Assembly (NCBI GenBank): GCA_036170915.1
Contig: JAVHQC010000035.1
Span: 256,001-320,000 of the forward strand
DNA from: Cyanobacteria bacterium auto_48_18
Lineage (GTDB): Bacteria; Cyanobacteriota; Vampirovibrionia; Obscuribacterales; Obscuribacteraceae
Length of the DNA stretch: 64,000 nt
Direction: 5' to 3'
Part shown: piece by piece, positions 1 through 9,900 of the stretch
Layout of the letters: every line of letters starts with the position of its first letter
How positions within the stretch are numbered: position 1 is the first letter of the stretch
Made by a program: the position numbers and the translations under genes
Notes under the pieces: generated by a model
Told to the model about the DNA's origin: nothing
Databases searched by the model: none
Seen by the model: the letters and a program-made list of their open reading frames with translations, nothing else

Positions 1-263
1 AAGTCAGCAAGCAAGTCGAAATGATTTAAGAGAAATTTCGAAGTTGTGCGCTCATTGCTCGACAGTTTTTCGTTAGCGATTGCACTGCGTAATTCACCAC
101 GGGTTAAGCCGTCTGCTTTATTAGTGTCAAATTTGTCATAAGCGTCTTCGAAGCAATACTTAAAAGCAAGTGCTCCAGTAATTATGTCGTCGCTTGGAAC
201 ATCAGCGCGAGAAATCGATTGGGATTTAGAGTCATATTCGAATTTAGCGTCATGTTTGGTCAT
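1..263 (-). CDS. Partial hypothetical protein with a degenerate EF-hand-like loop (3' end runs off the window)
   Basis: My translation from ATG at 263 stays open to position 1 (MTKHDAKFEYDS...AYDKFDTNKADGLTRGELRSAIANEK...). GGAGC RBS lies at 271-275 on the minus strand. Absent from the ORF track because it is truncated. Confidence 0.65.
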   Translation of the reverse strand, partial: MTKHDAKFEYDSKSQSISRADVPSDDIITGALAFKYCFEDAYDKFDTNKADGLTRGELRSAIANEKLSSNERTTSKFLLNHFDLLAD

Positions 264-289
264 TGAGAAAGCTCCACAAGTGAAGTCGA

Positions 290-1741
290 TTAGATTTTGC
301 GAGGAAGTGTTGGTTTGCAATTCGAAGAGTTGTCTGGAATTACATTAAGTGGATCGAAATTGTGCCGCGCCTCTTCACTGAAAGTTCTCACTTTTCCAGT
401 TTTAAACTCTGTCCATTTAGGTGCGATCATGACACCATTAGACGATTGGTAGTCGGTAGCTCCGCTTTCATCTGCGCGCCTAACTAACTGACCGTATTTA
501 TTGTAGGTAACAATAGAAAATTTGTTGTATTCAGTCTGTTCGTTCTGACCGGCGAAAACCAAAGTTCCATCAGCGCGAACATAAATGTCACCATTAAATG
601 GCTTGAGCTCTTCACCTAAAGCGGTGTGTTTCCATTTGCCTTCGGTGACTTTTTCAAATGTACCCAAGTGCTCACTTTTGACTTCAACCAGTGAGCCATT
701 TTCGGCATACTTAAAATCAGTGCGCGGGCTGTGTTGCCAGTGCCTAACCCAGCTAATCCTTCCTTCTTCGTCGAATTTCATACCAGCTCTGTCGTCACCT
801 GGTCGATTGACGAACAAAGTCTCGTCGCACACTTCGCCGCTCTTTTTGGAAACCACTGAACCATCTTTAGTCACTTCCATAGACAAACTTTCGCTGCCTG
901 TGTGTTCACGGAAGCCAAGTGAGTATTTCAGTCTGACATCGTATAGCCCAGTAGACGGGTTGTATTGACCTGCTAAGCGATCGATAAAGATGGGATTACG
1001 AGTGCTGTCGATTTTAAATGCAGGCAAGGTTTTATAAGAATGGGAGTCAAATGGTTTCTTTTCTGCCGGTTCATAGTCAACATAATAAGACATCAGTTGA
1101 TTTTTTCTATTGATAGTCTCACTGCCCACAAAGCTGTGATTATTCGAGAACGCCTCTGGATATGACTCACCGTTGTCGCGCACAGTTAAGGCAACGCCTC
1201 TATAACCAAAAGAGTCTGTGTTGATCGGTGAGTTTTTAGTAACAACCTCGCGATTGGGCGAAGGACCGTGTTTCCAAAACGCATACCATGGCTTCTCTGA
1301 TTCTTGAGCTTCGCCTGGGGTCAGACCAGTCAAACCAGCAGGCCGCACCAGAGTTTTTTTCAAGTCACTATTATTGATCTCTAGTGGTCCAAGCTCGTCT
1401 TTGCTCAATTTTGCTACATCGTGATCTCGCACCGACTGAGAGCGCACAAGTCTAGCGTCGTCTCCAAGGTAGAGAACCCGTTCCGACGTCTTAACAGCAA
1501 CGGTATTGTCTTTAGTATCAAGTCCAAGAATCTCGAATTGATTATTGCGGTTGCGTTCGTTATGTTTGTAATTTACCTGATCTAAGATTGCTTTGAATTG
1601 AGCAGGAGTTTGCTCTGCTTGAATCTCTCGTAGCTCTTCGGCGAATTTATCAAAAGTCCTATGTGCAAGACTTTTATGTAATTCGCTCAGTAGCTTCTCG
1701 TCAGGAGATATTTTGGCCAAGTTCTGATCATTCGCTGCCAT
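290..1741 (-). CDS. Hypothetical protein, 483 aa, with a beta-rich YD/RHS-like C-terminal region
   Basis: Long ORF with a GAGG RBS upstream. C-terminal segments FDEEGRI, FKYAENGSLVEV and TYNKYGQLVRR resemble YD repeats. Confidence 0.6.
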   Translation of the reverse strand: MAANDQNLAKISPDEKLLSELHKSLAHRTFDKFAEELREIQAEQTPAQFKAILDQVNYKHNERNRNNQFEILGLDTKDNTVAVKTSERVLYLGDDARLVRSQSVRDHDVAKLSKDELGPLEINNSDLKKTLVRPAGLTGLTPGEAQESEKPWYAFWKHGPSPNREVVTKNSPINTDSFGYRGVALTVRDNGESYPEAFSNNHSFVGSETINRKNQLMSYYVDYEPAEKKPFDSHSYKTLPAFKIDSTRNPIFIDRLAGQYNPSTGLYDVRLKYSLGFREHTGSESLSMEVTKDGSVVSKKSGEVCDETLFVNRPGDDRAGMKFDEEGRISWVRHWQHSPRTDFKYAENGSLVEVKSEHLGTFEKVTEGKWKHTALGEELKPFNGDIYVRADGTLVFAGQNEQTEYNKFSIVTYNKYGQLVRRADESGATDYQSSNGVMIAPKWTEFKTGKVRTFSEEARHNFDPLNVIPDNSSNCKPTLPRKI

Positions 1742-1779
1742 TACGAAAAACCTCTATCAAAATAGTAAAATCGTCGCCG

Positions 1780-1804
1780 AAAAAAGGCCCATCTGCATGG
1801 GTCT
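1780..1804 (-). terminator. Probable intrinsic terminator downstream of ppk2
   Basis: Minus strand reads AGACCCAT-GCAG-ATGGGCCT (one mismatch) followed by a T run. Confidence 0.5.
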
Positions 1805-1820
1805 ATTAGACCGCTTCAAT

Positions 1821-1897
1821 GTGGCGGCTACGTGGCGACTATCTGGCAGCCAAATAGCGACTAATTGACGACTAATTGACGACTACGTGGCCGATAA
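1821..1897. repeat. Degenerate 11-bp tandem repeat, 7 units
   Basis: GTGGCGGCTAC GTGGCGACTAT CTGGCAGCCAA ATAGCGACTAA TTGACGACTAA TTGACGACTAC GTGGCCGATAA. Confidence 0.7.
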
Positions 1898-1918
1898 AAA
1901 GGCAGCCTTGGGGTTCTC

Positions 1919-3022
1919 TTATTTTGCCGGTTTAGATTTTTTCTTTGACTTTTGTTTTTTTGCTTTGTTCTTTTTGGCTTTTTGTTCCAGATCTTGTGCC
2001 AGATTAGTCAGATCAGTTTCTTTCGCCTGTGCCATCACTTCAGTCGAATGACCAGTTTCTGCAGCTTGGTCATCAGTGCTCACATTCGTCTCAGCCGCTT
2101 GCACCGGCTCATCTGGAGCCTTTGCCGGAGCACCATCTTCTAACTCAAGCATGCGTCTGGCTTTGGCCAGCTCATCAAGGTGAGCTTGATTCAATTTTGG
2201 ATAATGTAAATCAATGCCTTTTAGAGTCTCGGCAATAATGTAACTCACGGCCAGACGACAAAACGGTTTATGGTCTGCCGGAATAACATACCAGGGAGCA
2301 GCCTCTGTACTGGTATTGGCCAGGCAATCTTCGTAAGCGCTCATATACTCGTCCCAGTGGGCACGTTCGAGCACATCAGCTGAAGAAAACTTCCAGTTCT
2401 TCTCTGGGGTATCCAGCCTGGCCAAAAAGCGTTTCTTTTGCTCGGCTTTGGAAATATTGAGGAAGAACTTCAAAACAATAGTGCCGTTATCAACCAGATG
2501 TTTCTCAAAATTGTTGATTTGTTCAAAACGCCGCTTCCATATACCCTTGCCTGCCAGCGCCTTAGGCAACGCTTGCCTGGCCAATACTTGCGGATGAACG
2601 CGCGTCACTAGAACTTCTTCATAATAGGAACGATTGAAAACACCAATGCGCCCACGCTCAGGCAGCGCCTTATTGCACCTCCAGAGGAAATCATGATCAA
2701 GCTCTTCTTCTGATGGCGCCTTAAAGCTAAATACCTGACACCCTTGAGGATTTATTCCTGACATAACATGTTTGATAGTGCTGTCTTTGCCAGCAGCGTC
2801 CATGGCCTGAAAAATAATCAAAAGCGAATACTGGTTTTGAGCGTACAAAATATTCTGGTATTCAGTAAGGCGCTCAATATCGCTGGCCAGAAGTTCTTTG
2901 GCGGTTTCTTTGTCTAAGGCCGAAAGATCTAAACCGACTTTAAAATCATTGGCAAGATCGACTTTCGCTTGAGGTTTAACCAGGAAGCGCTTTCTAACTT
3001 TCTCTTTTTCTGAATCTTTCAC
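1919..3022 (-). CDS. ppk2: Polyphosphate kinase 2 family protein, probably class III, with an acidic then Lys-rich C-terminal tail
   Basis: Walker A-like [16 protein letters not shown], plus [27 protein letters not shown] and [12 protein letters not shown] start. Confidence 0.92.
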   Translation of the reverse strand: MKDSEKEKVRKRFLVKPQAKVDLANDFKVGLDLSALDKETAKELLASDIERLTEYQNILYAQNQYSLLIIFQAMDAAGKDSTIKHVMSGINPQGCQVFSFKAPSEEELDHDFLWRCNKALPERGRIGVFNRSYYEEVLVTRVHPQVLARQALPKALAGKGIWKRRFEQINNFEKHLVDNGTIVLKFFLNISKAEQKKRFLARLDTPEKNWKFSSADVLERAHWDEYMSAYEDCLANTSTEAAPWYVIPADHKPFCRLAVSYIIAETLKGIDLHYPKLNQAHLDELAKARRMLELEDGAPAKAPDEPVQAAETNVSTDDQAAETGHSTEVMAQAKETDLTNLAQDLEQKAKKNKAKKQKSKKKSKPAK

Positions 3023-3043
3023 AGTGTCCTGCCTTATACATAA

Positions 3044-4522
3044 TTAGAACTGGAAATAAATAAAGCGGTTGGCCTCATCAGGCATAAGCGTAATCATCAT
3101 AAATATCAGAAATGCACAATAAATCGCCTGCAGTGGTCTGGGTGTCTTAGACCAGAATGCATTCCGGCGCAAAAATTCAGACAATATGTGGGCCAGCACC
3201 AGAGCGGCAATTATAAACGGTATTAGAGGAGTAATCAGAGGCCCCTGGGTTGACAAAAATAGTGGCCGCCCGTGAGGTGCAGCATACCAGAGACGCAGCA
3301 TGCGACCAAGAATGTGCAAAGCGATGGCATTGGTGTCGGCACGGAAGAAAACGTAGCTGAGGCAAAATGCGTGGAAAGTAATAAAAATGGCAATGATTGT
3401 CCATAACTTGCTCTGCACAAATTTTTTCAGCCAGGCAATGTTCTCATAAAATCGCATCCACTCCCGATTGACTATTAGAGACAGACCTTGAAATAGACCC
3501 CACATCACATGGTGCCAGGCGGCTCCGTGCCATAGCCCGGCCAGAGCCGTAGTGATGAGCAAATTAACGTACACTCTTCCTCTTGAGCACCGCGACCCAC
3601 CAAGGCTGAAGTAGACATAATCGCGAAACCAGTTAGAGAGCGAAATGTGCTGCCGGTGCCAGAGTTCACGAATACTCGAAGCCATGTAAGGCACATTAAA
3701 ATTGGGCGGCACTTTAAGGCCCAGCATTAATGCTGAGCCTATGGCCACATCGGTATAACCTGAAAAATCGCAATAGACTTGAAAGGCAAAAGCATAAGTG
3801 GCCAACCACAAATCAAGGTTGGTGGCCGCACCAGGGGCGCCATAGATATGATTGACGTAAATGGCCAAGTTGTCAGCTAACAGCACCTTTTTCGCCAGGC
3901 CGTGTAAAACCATGACAAAGCCCTTTTCCAGGTCAGCGATGCAAAAAACACTGGGCAGCTCAAGCTGAGCAATGAAGTCTTCATAGCGTTTGATTGGCCC
4001 GGCAATTTGAGTAGGAAAGAAGGCGGCAAACACCGCAAACTTGATGGGGTCTTTAACCGCCTGACCACCTTTAAAAACTTCGACAATATAGTGGAGAAAC
4101 TCGAAAGTAAAAAACGAAATACCAAGAGGCAAAATCACATTTAAATGCCAGGCTTCGGGCAATTGCGCAGTGCCATTTCCTGTTATGGAACCGCCGGGCA
4201 ATTGCACCAGGTGAAAAAGCTCAACAATAGAACTGAAAATAAAATTGACATATTTGTAATAGCAAAGAGTGGCCAAATTGAAAACTATGGCTGCCACCAG
4301 CAGCGGTTTTCGCAACTGCACCGCCGGCGCAATCAGTAAACCAAAGACCCAATTAACGAGAGTCATGCCCACAATCAATAAAAGATAGATTGGATTCCAG
4401 GCACTGTAAAAAACATAACTGGCAACCAGCAACAGTATTGGTCGATACTTATTTGGTACTCGCCAGAAAAGCAAAACCACAACAGGCAAAAAAAGCATAT
4501 AGCTGAAGCTATTGAAGAGCAT
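3044..4522 (-). CDS. MBOAT family membrane-bound O-acyltransferase (AlgI/DltB-like)
   Basis: MLFNS N-terminus, LPLGISFFTF, FFPTQIAGPIKR, YCDFSGYTDVAIG and catalytic His in GLWHGA; many TM helices. Confidence 0.93.
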   Translation of the reverse strand: MLFNSFSYMLFLPVVVLLFWRVPNKYRPILLLVASYVFYSAWNPIYLLLIVGMTLVNWVFGLLIAPAVQLRKPLLVAAIVFNLATLCYYKYVNFIFSSIVELFHLVQLPGGSITGNGTAQLPEAWHLNVILPLGISFFTFEFLHYIVEVFKGGQAVKDPIKFAVFAAFFPTQIAGPIKRYEDFIAQLELPSVFCIADLEKGFVMVLHGLAKKVLLADNLAIYVNHIYGAPGAATNLDLWLATYAFAFQVYCDFSGYTDVAIGSALMLGLKVPPNFNVPYMASSIRELWHRQHISLSNWFRDYVYFSLGGSRCSRGRVYVNLLITTALAGLWHGAAWHHVMWGLFQGLSLIVNREWMRFYENIAWLKKFVQSKLWTIIAIFITFHAFCLSYVFFRADTNAIALHILGRMLRLWYAAPHGRPLFLSTQGPLITPLIPFIIAALVLAHILSEFLRRNAFWSKTPRPLQAIYCAFLIFMMITLMPDEANRFIYFQF

Positions 4523-5705
4523 GCTTCTCTCCTGCCGTCAGGCTATCAAACACAGCAGGATAGCGCTCTTGAAGTTGGCCCACGATCTTATCGGCCAGCT
4601 TTTTTGCGCCGCTAAAATTCAAATGCACGCCATCTTTATAATCGCTGTCTTTAAAAGCAGCGTCACCCCAGAGGTCAATTAAATAAAAGTTGCCAGCTTT
4701 CTCACTGGCGTGGAGAAACTGCCGAAATCCATCCATCTGAGCAGCAGGCACAACTTTTGACGTATCAGGTGAAAGCGGCATGTTCACAAGCACTAGAACA
4801 ATTCCTTTGCGTCGGCAAAGTTGCACCAGCTTAGCTAAATAATGATTAGAGACTTCAGGTGCCTGTTTATACTGATTGCGATAAATCATGATTTGGAAAG
4901 TCTTGTAGTAATCGCGCAAGACTTCCGGATGGGCCTGATACATTTGCTCGGCAAATTTTTCTTGCTTGCGCGGAATCCACTGCTCGAATAAAAAGCCTTC
5001 CTTGAGCTGATGCCACTTGTGGTCAGGGCCCAGACGGGGAAAATAGAAATCTACAGGCAGGGTTTCAATGAAGTTTTTAGCCAGCACACTAAAGAAATTT
5101 TTGAAGTCTGTGCGATTGCGATAAATGTAGAAGAAATGGCTAGCGAGAAATTCGTCGGCTCCTTGTTTGGAAAATACATTTTCTCTGGCAGAAATTGGAG
5201 CCAGTGGTGCAACACTATTAAAGCTGTCTGTATGCCACTCGGCAGCCAGGGCATCTTGAATGAAATCGCGCATGGAGACGCCGTATATGATTACTTTAGG
5301 ATAGCAATCATTATTGCAAGCCGCTTCAGTGACCATATAAGCCTCTGAAACCATTTGCAGGCCTGTACTAAGATTGACGCACCTGATTTCTTTGCCGGTG
5401 ACACGATTAAAAAGGGCACCAAGATAGCTGGGATCATAGCCAGTGTAGAAGTGGCTACCATGCTCGTCTTGATTTAATACCAGCATGAGCGATGAGCCAA
5501 TTAGCGCCACTTGTGGGCAGACTTTGCGCGACACATTGATGCGGCTGACAATATCCCACGAATCAACATTGCGAATGCCGATGGCATCCATGGGGTTACC
5601 CTGACGCAACCACAATTCGCAGCCAAGCAAAACCAAAAGCGTCAAAACCGGCACAGAAGTAAATGCTCGAAAAGCTTTACTAACCGCGTTCTGAAAGCCG
5701 CTCAT
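4509..5705 (-). CDS. Membrane-anchored SGNH-like protein (AlgJ/DltD/DUF1574-like partner of the MBOAT)
   Basis: N-terminal TM helix, IGSS block-I Ser motif and C-terminal DGVHLN (DxxH); overlaps the MBOAT start. Confidence 0.75.
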   Translation of the reverse strand: MSGFQNAVSKAFRAFTSVPVLTLLVLLGCELWLRQGNPMDAIGIRNVDSWDIVSRINVSRKVCPQVALIGSSLMLVLNQDEHGSHFYTGYDPSYLGALFNRVTGKEIRCVNLSTGLQMVSEAYMVTEAACNNDCYPKVIIYGVSMRDFIQDALAAEWHTDSFNSVAPLAPISARENVFSKQGADEFLASHFFYIYRNRTDFKNFFSVLAKNFIETLPVDFYFPRLGPDHKWHQLKEGFLFEQWIPRKQEKFAEQMYQAHPEVLRDYYKTFQIMIYRNQYKQAPEVSNHYLAKLVQLCRRKGIVLVLVNMPLSPDTSKVVPAAQMDGFRQFLHASEKAGNFYLIDLWGDAAFKDSDYKDGVHLNFSGAKKLADKIVGQLQERYPAVFDSLTAGEKHALQ

Positions 5706-5711
5706 CAATTT

Positions 5712-7706
5712 TTATTTGGCACAAATAAAGTCTAGTGCTTCAGGATTTTCAATTGAAGATAAATCTCCCGGCGCCTGGCCAAGATACTTGCGCTTAATTG
5801 TAGCTCTGACGATTTTCCCAGAACGAGTTTTAGGCAACGCGGCCACAGCCAAAATAGTATCAGGTTTAAGAGTCGAACCTAACTTAACACCCACCATGCT
5901 GCGCAGCTCGGCCATCTTAGCTTCATTCAAATTCTCCCCTGGCATCATTACCAGGAAACATACCAGGCACTCGCCTTTGAGCTCATGGGGCACCCCAATC
6001 ACTGCGGCTTCTGAGACTGATGGGTGTTCGACCAGAACCGATTCTACTTCGCCCGGCCCCACTCTTTTACCCGAGACTTTGATGGTGTCGTCGGAGCGGC
6101 CAAACAAAAACCATGAGCCGTCTTTGTCGACTTTTGCCCAGTCGCCGTGGTACCAGACACCAGGAAATTTAGTGAAATAGGTTTCGATATAGCGGTCAGG
6201 ATCTTTAAGAAAACCCCTGGTCATGGACGGTGCCGGCTTGCGACAGACCAGATGGCCAATTTCGCCATGAATACTTTTACCGTCTTCAGAAAAAACGTCA
6301 ATATCCATACCAAGGCCAGGCGCACCAAGTGAACAAGCTTTTAAGGGCATCACCGGCAGTGGCGACAGCAAACAGCCAACTATTTCAGTGCCACCAGAAA
6401 TATTGATAATCGGGCAGCGTTTTTTGCCTACTTGCTCAAAGAACCACATATAGCTGTCTTCATCCCAGGCCTCGCCGGTGGAGCCAAGCAGACGCAAACT
6501 AGAAAGGTCGTTCTTATCAACCCAATCGTTACCCTGTGCTTTTAAACTGCGAATCAAAGTGGGGCTGATGCCGAGGCTTTTAACTTTGTAGCGCTCGCAA
6601 ATTTTCCACACAGCGTCTGGTTCAGGATAAGCAGGGTGCCCTTCGTAGATAAGCATGGTGGCACCCCAGAATGTGGTGCCGATCATCTCCCAGGGGCCCA
6701 TCATCCAACCAATATCGGAAACCCAGAAAAAGACATCGTCAGGTCGCAAGTCAAAAGCGAAACCGAGCTCTTTAGCAATTTGTGCCAGAGCACCAGCATG
6801 AGTATGCACCGTACCTTTTGGTTTACCTGTGGTACCTGAAGTATAAAGATACATAGAAGGATGTTCAGCGGAAAGATTTGCGACGGTACTGGCTTCTTCG
6901 GCATCGTTGACTAGATCGTTAAACCACAAATCTCGGCCGCTCTGCATGGGTGCGCCGCTATCGCAATGCTTGAGCACCACCATGTGTTCCAGCGATGGCA
7001 CCATTGCTGCAGCCTGGTCAGCTTCAGCTTTAATCGGTATCAATTTGCCGCGTCGCTTACCCGAGTCAGCCGTAAATAAAATCTTTGCTTCGGCATCGTT
7101 CAGTCTGGTCGCCAGTGATTCAGGGCCGAAGCCACTGAAGACAGGTACGGCAACGGCGCCAATCTTAAAGCAGGCAAAGAGCACCGCCACCACTTCCGGT
7201 ACCATAGGCATATAGATACCGATGGCGTCCCCAGCTTTAACATTGAGCTTAAGCATGGCGCCGGCGATTTTTCCACTCAGCGCGCTGAGCTCACCATAAC
7301 TATACTGGCGCTTGCGGCCATCTTCACCTTCCCAAATAAGTGCTGGATGATCTGCACCCACACTGACGCGATCACCTGCAACTTTGCCCTTCTCCAAATG
7401 CCAATCAAGAGTGTTGGACATGATGTTCAACTCACCACCCACGAACCATTCAGTCCAGGGGAAACCTTTCGAGCTATCCATCAATTTTGTGTAAGGTTTA
7501 TGCCACTGAAAACCCATGTATTCAAGCGCTGCTTGCCAGAACCAGTCGGTGTCTCGATTAGACTCGTCAATTAAAGTCTGCCAATCGGCAATGTCGTGCT
7601 TCTGCATGAAATCAACCACCCGGCTCTTGAGATAATCTCCGCTGGGACTCCAGATGATTTCGGTGGCAGCATTAACTGAATCGGTTGCCAAATTGGTTTT
7701 ACTCAT
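5712..7706 (-). CDS. AMP-forming acyl-CoA synthetase (acetyl-CoA synthetase-like)
   Basis: YTSGTTGKPKG, GDWAKVD, GRSDDTIKVSGKRVGPGEVE and LPKTRSGKI motifs. Start placed at ATG 7706; the ORF track uses TTG 7745. Confidence 0.9.
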   Translation of the reverse strand: MSKTNLATDSVNAATEIIWSPSGDYLKSRVVDFMQKHDIADWQTLIDESNRDTDWFWQAALEYMGFQWHKPYTKLMDSSKGFPWTEWFVGGELNIMSNTLDWHLEKGKVAGDRVSVGADHPALIWEGEDGRKRQYSYGELSALSGKIAGAMLKLNVKAGDAIGIYMPMVPEVVAVLFACFKIGAVAVPVFSGFGPESLATRLNDAEAKILFTADSGKRRGKLIPIKAEADQAAAMVPSLEHMVVLKHCDSGAPMQSGRDLWFNDLVNDAEEASTVANLSAEHPSMYLYTSGTTGKPKGTVHTHAGALAQIAKELGFAFDLRPDDVFFWVSDIGWMMGPWEMIGTTFWGATMLIYEGHPAYPEPDAVWKICERYKVKSLGISPTLIRSLKAQGNDWVDKNDLSSLRLLGSTGEAWDEDSYMWFFEQVGKKRCPIINISGGTEIVGCLLSPLPVMPLKACSLGAPGLGMDIDVFSEDGKSIHGEIGHLVCRKPAPSMTRGFLKDPDRYIETYFTKFPGVWYHGDWAKVDKDGSWFLFGRSDDTIKVSGKRVGPGEVESVLVEHPSVSEAAVIGVPHELKGECLVCFLVMMPGENLNEAKMAELRSMVGVKLGSTLKPDTILAVAALPKTRSGKIVRATIKRKYLGQAPGDLSSIENPEALDFICAK

Positions 7707-7797
7707 GTTGATATTTCGCTCGCTAGCGCTAGTCTTAAGGCTCAAATTTTAGCGCTGGAAGGCACTTTACAATATCAAAACAGGCAAAGAAAAATTA

Positions 7798-8157
7798 TCA
7801 AGGCTGGGAAAATATTCCAGGAATGGCTCCCACCAGAGCTTCCACGGCCAGAAGAACGCAGCCAAGCAAATTGGCAGTCAGTGCGCAAGCCCACACCAGC
7901 TTGGGATCTTTGCTTTCAAGCAGCATTAAAACCGTGCCTTCCACCATGAATGAGTAAGTGCCGAACAGGGTCAAACCCATGGGCATGGAGCCGGTTATAT
8001 ACGGGCCCAGGCCTAAGACGAGGCCTAAGAAAGAAGCGAAGTTCATCATCAGCGAATCAAACATTGAGCGCGGCAAAGAAGCCCATTTCATGCGCCAGAG
8101 TACGATGCCTTCAACAATGACAATAGGGACAAACTGAAATATATAAAAGCCGAGCAT
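7798..8157 (-). CDS. Small integral membrane hypothetical protein with about 4 TM helices
   Basis: 119 aa hydrophobic ORF with an internally repeated (V)EG(I/T)VL motif. Confidence 0.7.
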   Translation of the reverse strand: MLGFYIFQFVPIVIVEGIVLWRMKWASLPRSMFDSLMMNFASFLGLVLGLGPYITGSMPMGLTLFGTYSFMVEGTVLMLLESKDPKLVWACALTANLLGCVLLAVEALVGAIPGIFSQP

Positions 8158-8239
8158 GCGCCTATTGTAGTCGAGATTTGTTTGACTAGTTGATACTTGT
8201 GGTGATAGCTAGGGTGGTAGTTTAGTGATGCCTAGAGGC

Positions 8240-8307
8240 CACCTAGAGATTTTTTACAACCTCTAAGTTGTAAAAATGTACAACTTATGAGTTGTAAAAT
8301 TTCTTAG
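8240..8307 (+). repeat. 68-bp dispersed palindromic element, copy 1
   Basis: CACCTAGAGATTTTT-TACAAC-CTCTAA-GTTGTA-AAAATG-TACAAC-TTATGA-GTTGTA-AAATTTCTTAG. Apart from the 6-nt spacers and one base, it matches the reverse complement of 62491-62558. Confidence 0.9.
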
Positions 8308-8360
8308 GCGAGCAGATTAGACACCGCCAGGTGTCCACGAGCAAAAATCCAAACAAAACA

Positions 8361-8948
8361 CTACTGTTTATGCGCTGCCACCATAGCAAGAAAGTAACGG
8401 TGCACACGCAAATCGCCGGTAATCTCAGGGTGGAAAGCAGTCACCAGCAAATTATTCTGCCTGGCCATGACAATTCCGTCGTCTAATTGCGCCAATATTT
8501 CTACATCAGACCCACATTCAGTGATTACAGGCGCACGGATGAAGACTGCGGGGAAAGGTTCTGCACCAAGAGCATCAATGACAAGATCAGCTTCAAAACT
8601 GCGACGCTGCGGGCCAAATGCATTGCGCTTGACCTTGACGTCCATCACGGCCAGACGGCCTTGCTTAGAGCCTTCGATATCTTTGGCAAGAAAAATCGAG
8701 CCCATGCAGGTGCCGTAAACCGGAAGTTCTTCTTCGCTAATTTTTCTCTTGATGGCCGAAAAGACAGGTGCACTGCCATCATCAGTCAGCTTATCAACAG
8801 CTGTTGATTCACCACCAGGAATAATCAGACCATCCAGGGCGTCCAGATCTTCGGCATAACGCACAGCTACAGTTTTTACACCGCAGTCCGTAAGCATCTT
8901 CATATGCTCGGCGAAATCGCCTTGCAAAGCCAGCACTCCAACAATCAT
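8361..8948 (-). CDS. pdxT: PLP synthase glutaminase subunit
   Basis: GVLALQGDFAEH, IPGGEST, GTCMG, VFIRAP and FHPE motifs. Confidence 0.97.
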   Translation of the reverse strand: MIVGVLALQGDFAEHMKMLTDCGVKTVAVRYAEDLDALDGLIIPGGESTAVDKLTDDGSAPVFSAIKRKISEEELPVYGTCMGSIFLAKDIEGSKQGRLAVMDVKVKRNAFGPQRRSFEADLVIDALGAEPFPAVFIRAPVITECGSDVEILAQLDDGIVMARQNNLLVTAFHPEITGDLRVHRYFLAMVAAHKQ

Positions 8949-8953
8949 AAAAT

Positions 8954-9853
8954 CTACCAGCCGCGGCTAGCCAGAGTTTCTGCCGGAGCCAGATCACGAC
9001 AGTTGCGTCCGACCATAGCTTCGCCTAAATTGCGACTTACTTTTGCCAGAACTTCAGGATCTTTATAGAAGGTGGTGGCTTTAACTATGGCTTGAGCGCG
9101 CTGCATCGGATTGCCTGATTTGAAAATACCAGAGCCGACAAAGACGCCGTCTACACCAAGTTGCATCATCAAAGCAGCGTCAGCTGGAGTGGCAATGCCG
9201 CCGGCGGCGAAATTGACTACAGGTAATTTGCCTTCAGCTGCAACTTTGACGATTAACTCGTAAGGAGCACCAATATTCTTGGCATAGCTCATTAGTTCTT
9301 CTTTGGGCATGGCGGTAAGTCGTCTGATTTCGCCCAGAATGGCCCGGGCGTGTCGTACGGCTTCAACCACATCACCAGTGCCGGCTTCACCTTTAGTGCG
9401 CATCATGGCAGCACCTTCGCCAATGCGCCTCAATGCTTCACCAAGATTTTTAGCACCGCAAACAAAAGGAATGGTGAAAGCGTTTTTGTCGATGTGGAAT
9501 TCTTCATCGGCAGGAGTCAGAACTTCGCTTTCGTCAACACAGTCAACACCTAGCGATTCAAGAATTTGAGCTTCCACAAAGTGGCCAATTCTTGCTTTCG
9601 CCATAACTGGAATTGAAACTGATTCAATAATCTGAATAATCAATTCAGGGTCACTCATGCGGGCAACACCACCATCGGCGCGAATGTCAGCTGGTACACG
9701 CTCAAGAGCCATAACCGCTACTGCACCGGCTTCTTCTGCAATCTTTGCCTGTTCAGCATTGACCACATCCATAATTACTCCGCCTTTGAGCATTTGTGCC
9801 AATGCTTCTTTGACGAGTCTGGTACCTGTTCTTGGTGTAATTACTGTAGACAT
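8954..9853 (-). CDS. pdxS: PLP synthase lyase subunit
   Basis: [32 protein letters not shown] and [12 protein letters not shown] motifs. Confidence 0.98.
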   Translation of the reverse strand: MSTVITPRTGTRLVKEALAQMLKGGVIMDVVNAEQAKIAEEAGAVAVMALERVPADIRADGGVARMSDPELIIQIIESVSIPVMAKARIGHFVEAQILESLGVDCVDESEVLTPADEEFHIDKNAFTIPFVCGAKNLGEALRRIGEGAAMMRTKGEAGTGDVVEAVRHARAILGEIRRLTAMPKEELMSYAKNIGAPYELIVKVAAEGKLPVVNFAAGGIATPADAALMMQLGVDGVFVGSGIFKSGNPMQRAQAIVKATTFYKDPEVLAKVSRNLGEAMVGRNCRDLAPAETLASRGW

Positions 9854-9900
9854 GTGAACTCCTGATTAAGTGTGATGATTGTTCGTCGAAAAAACTAGAA

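Noticed and set aside
1813..1897. Possible CRISPR array (GCTTCAATGTGGC resembles the start of some CRISPR repeats)
   Set aside because: Single occurrence, adjacent units are 11 bp with no spacers, and there are no cas genes in the window.
8240..8307. Mini-CRISPR interpretation of the TACAAC/GTTGTA element
   Set aside because: Boxes and spacers are only 6 nt and alternate in orientation, which does not fit repeat-spacer architecture.
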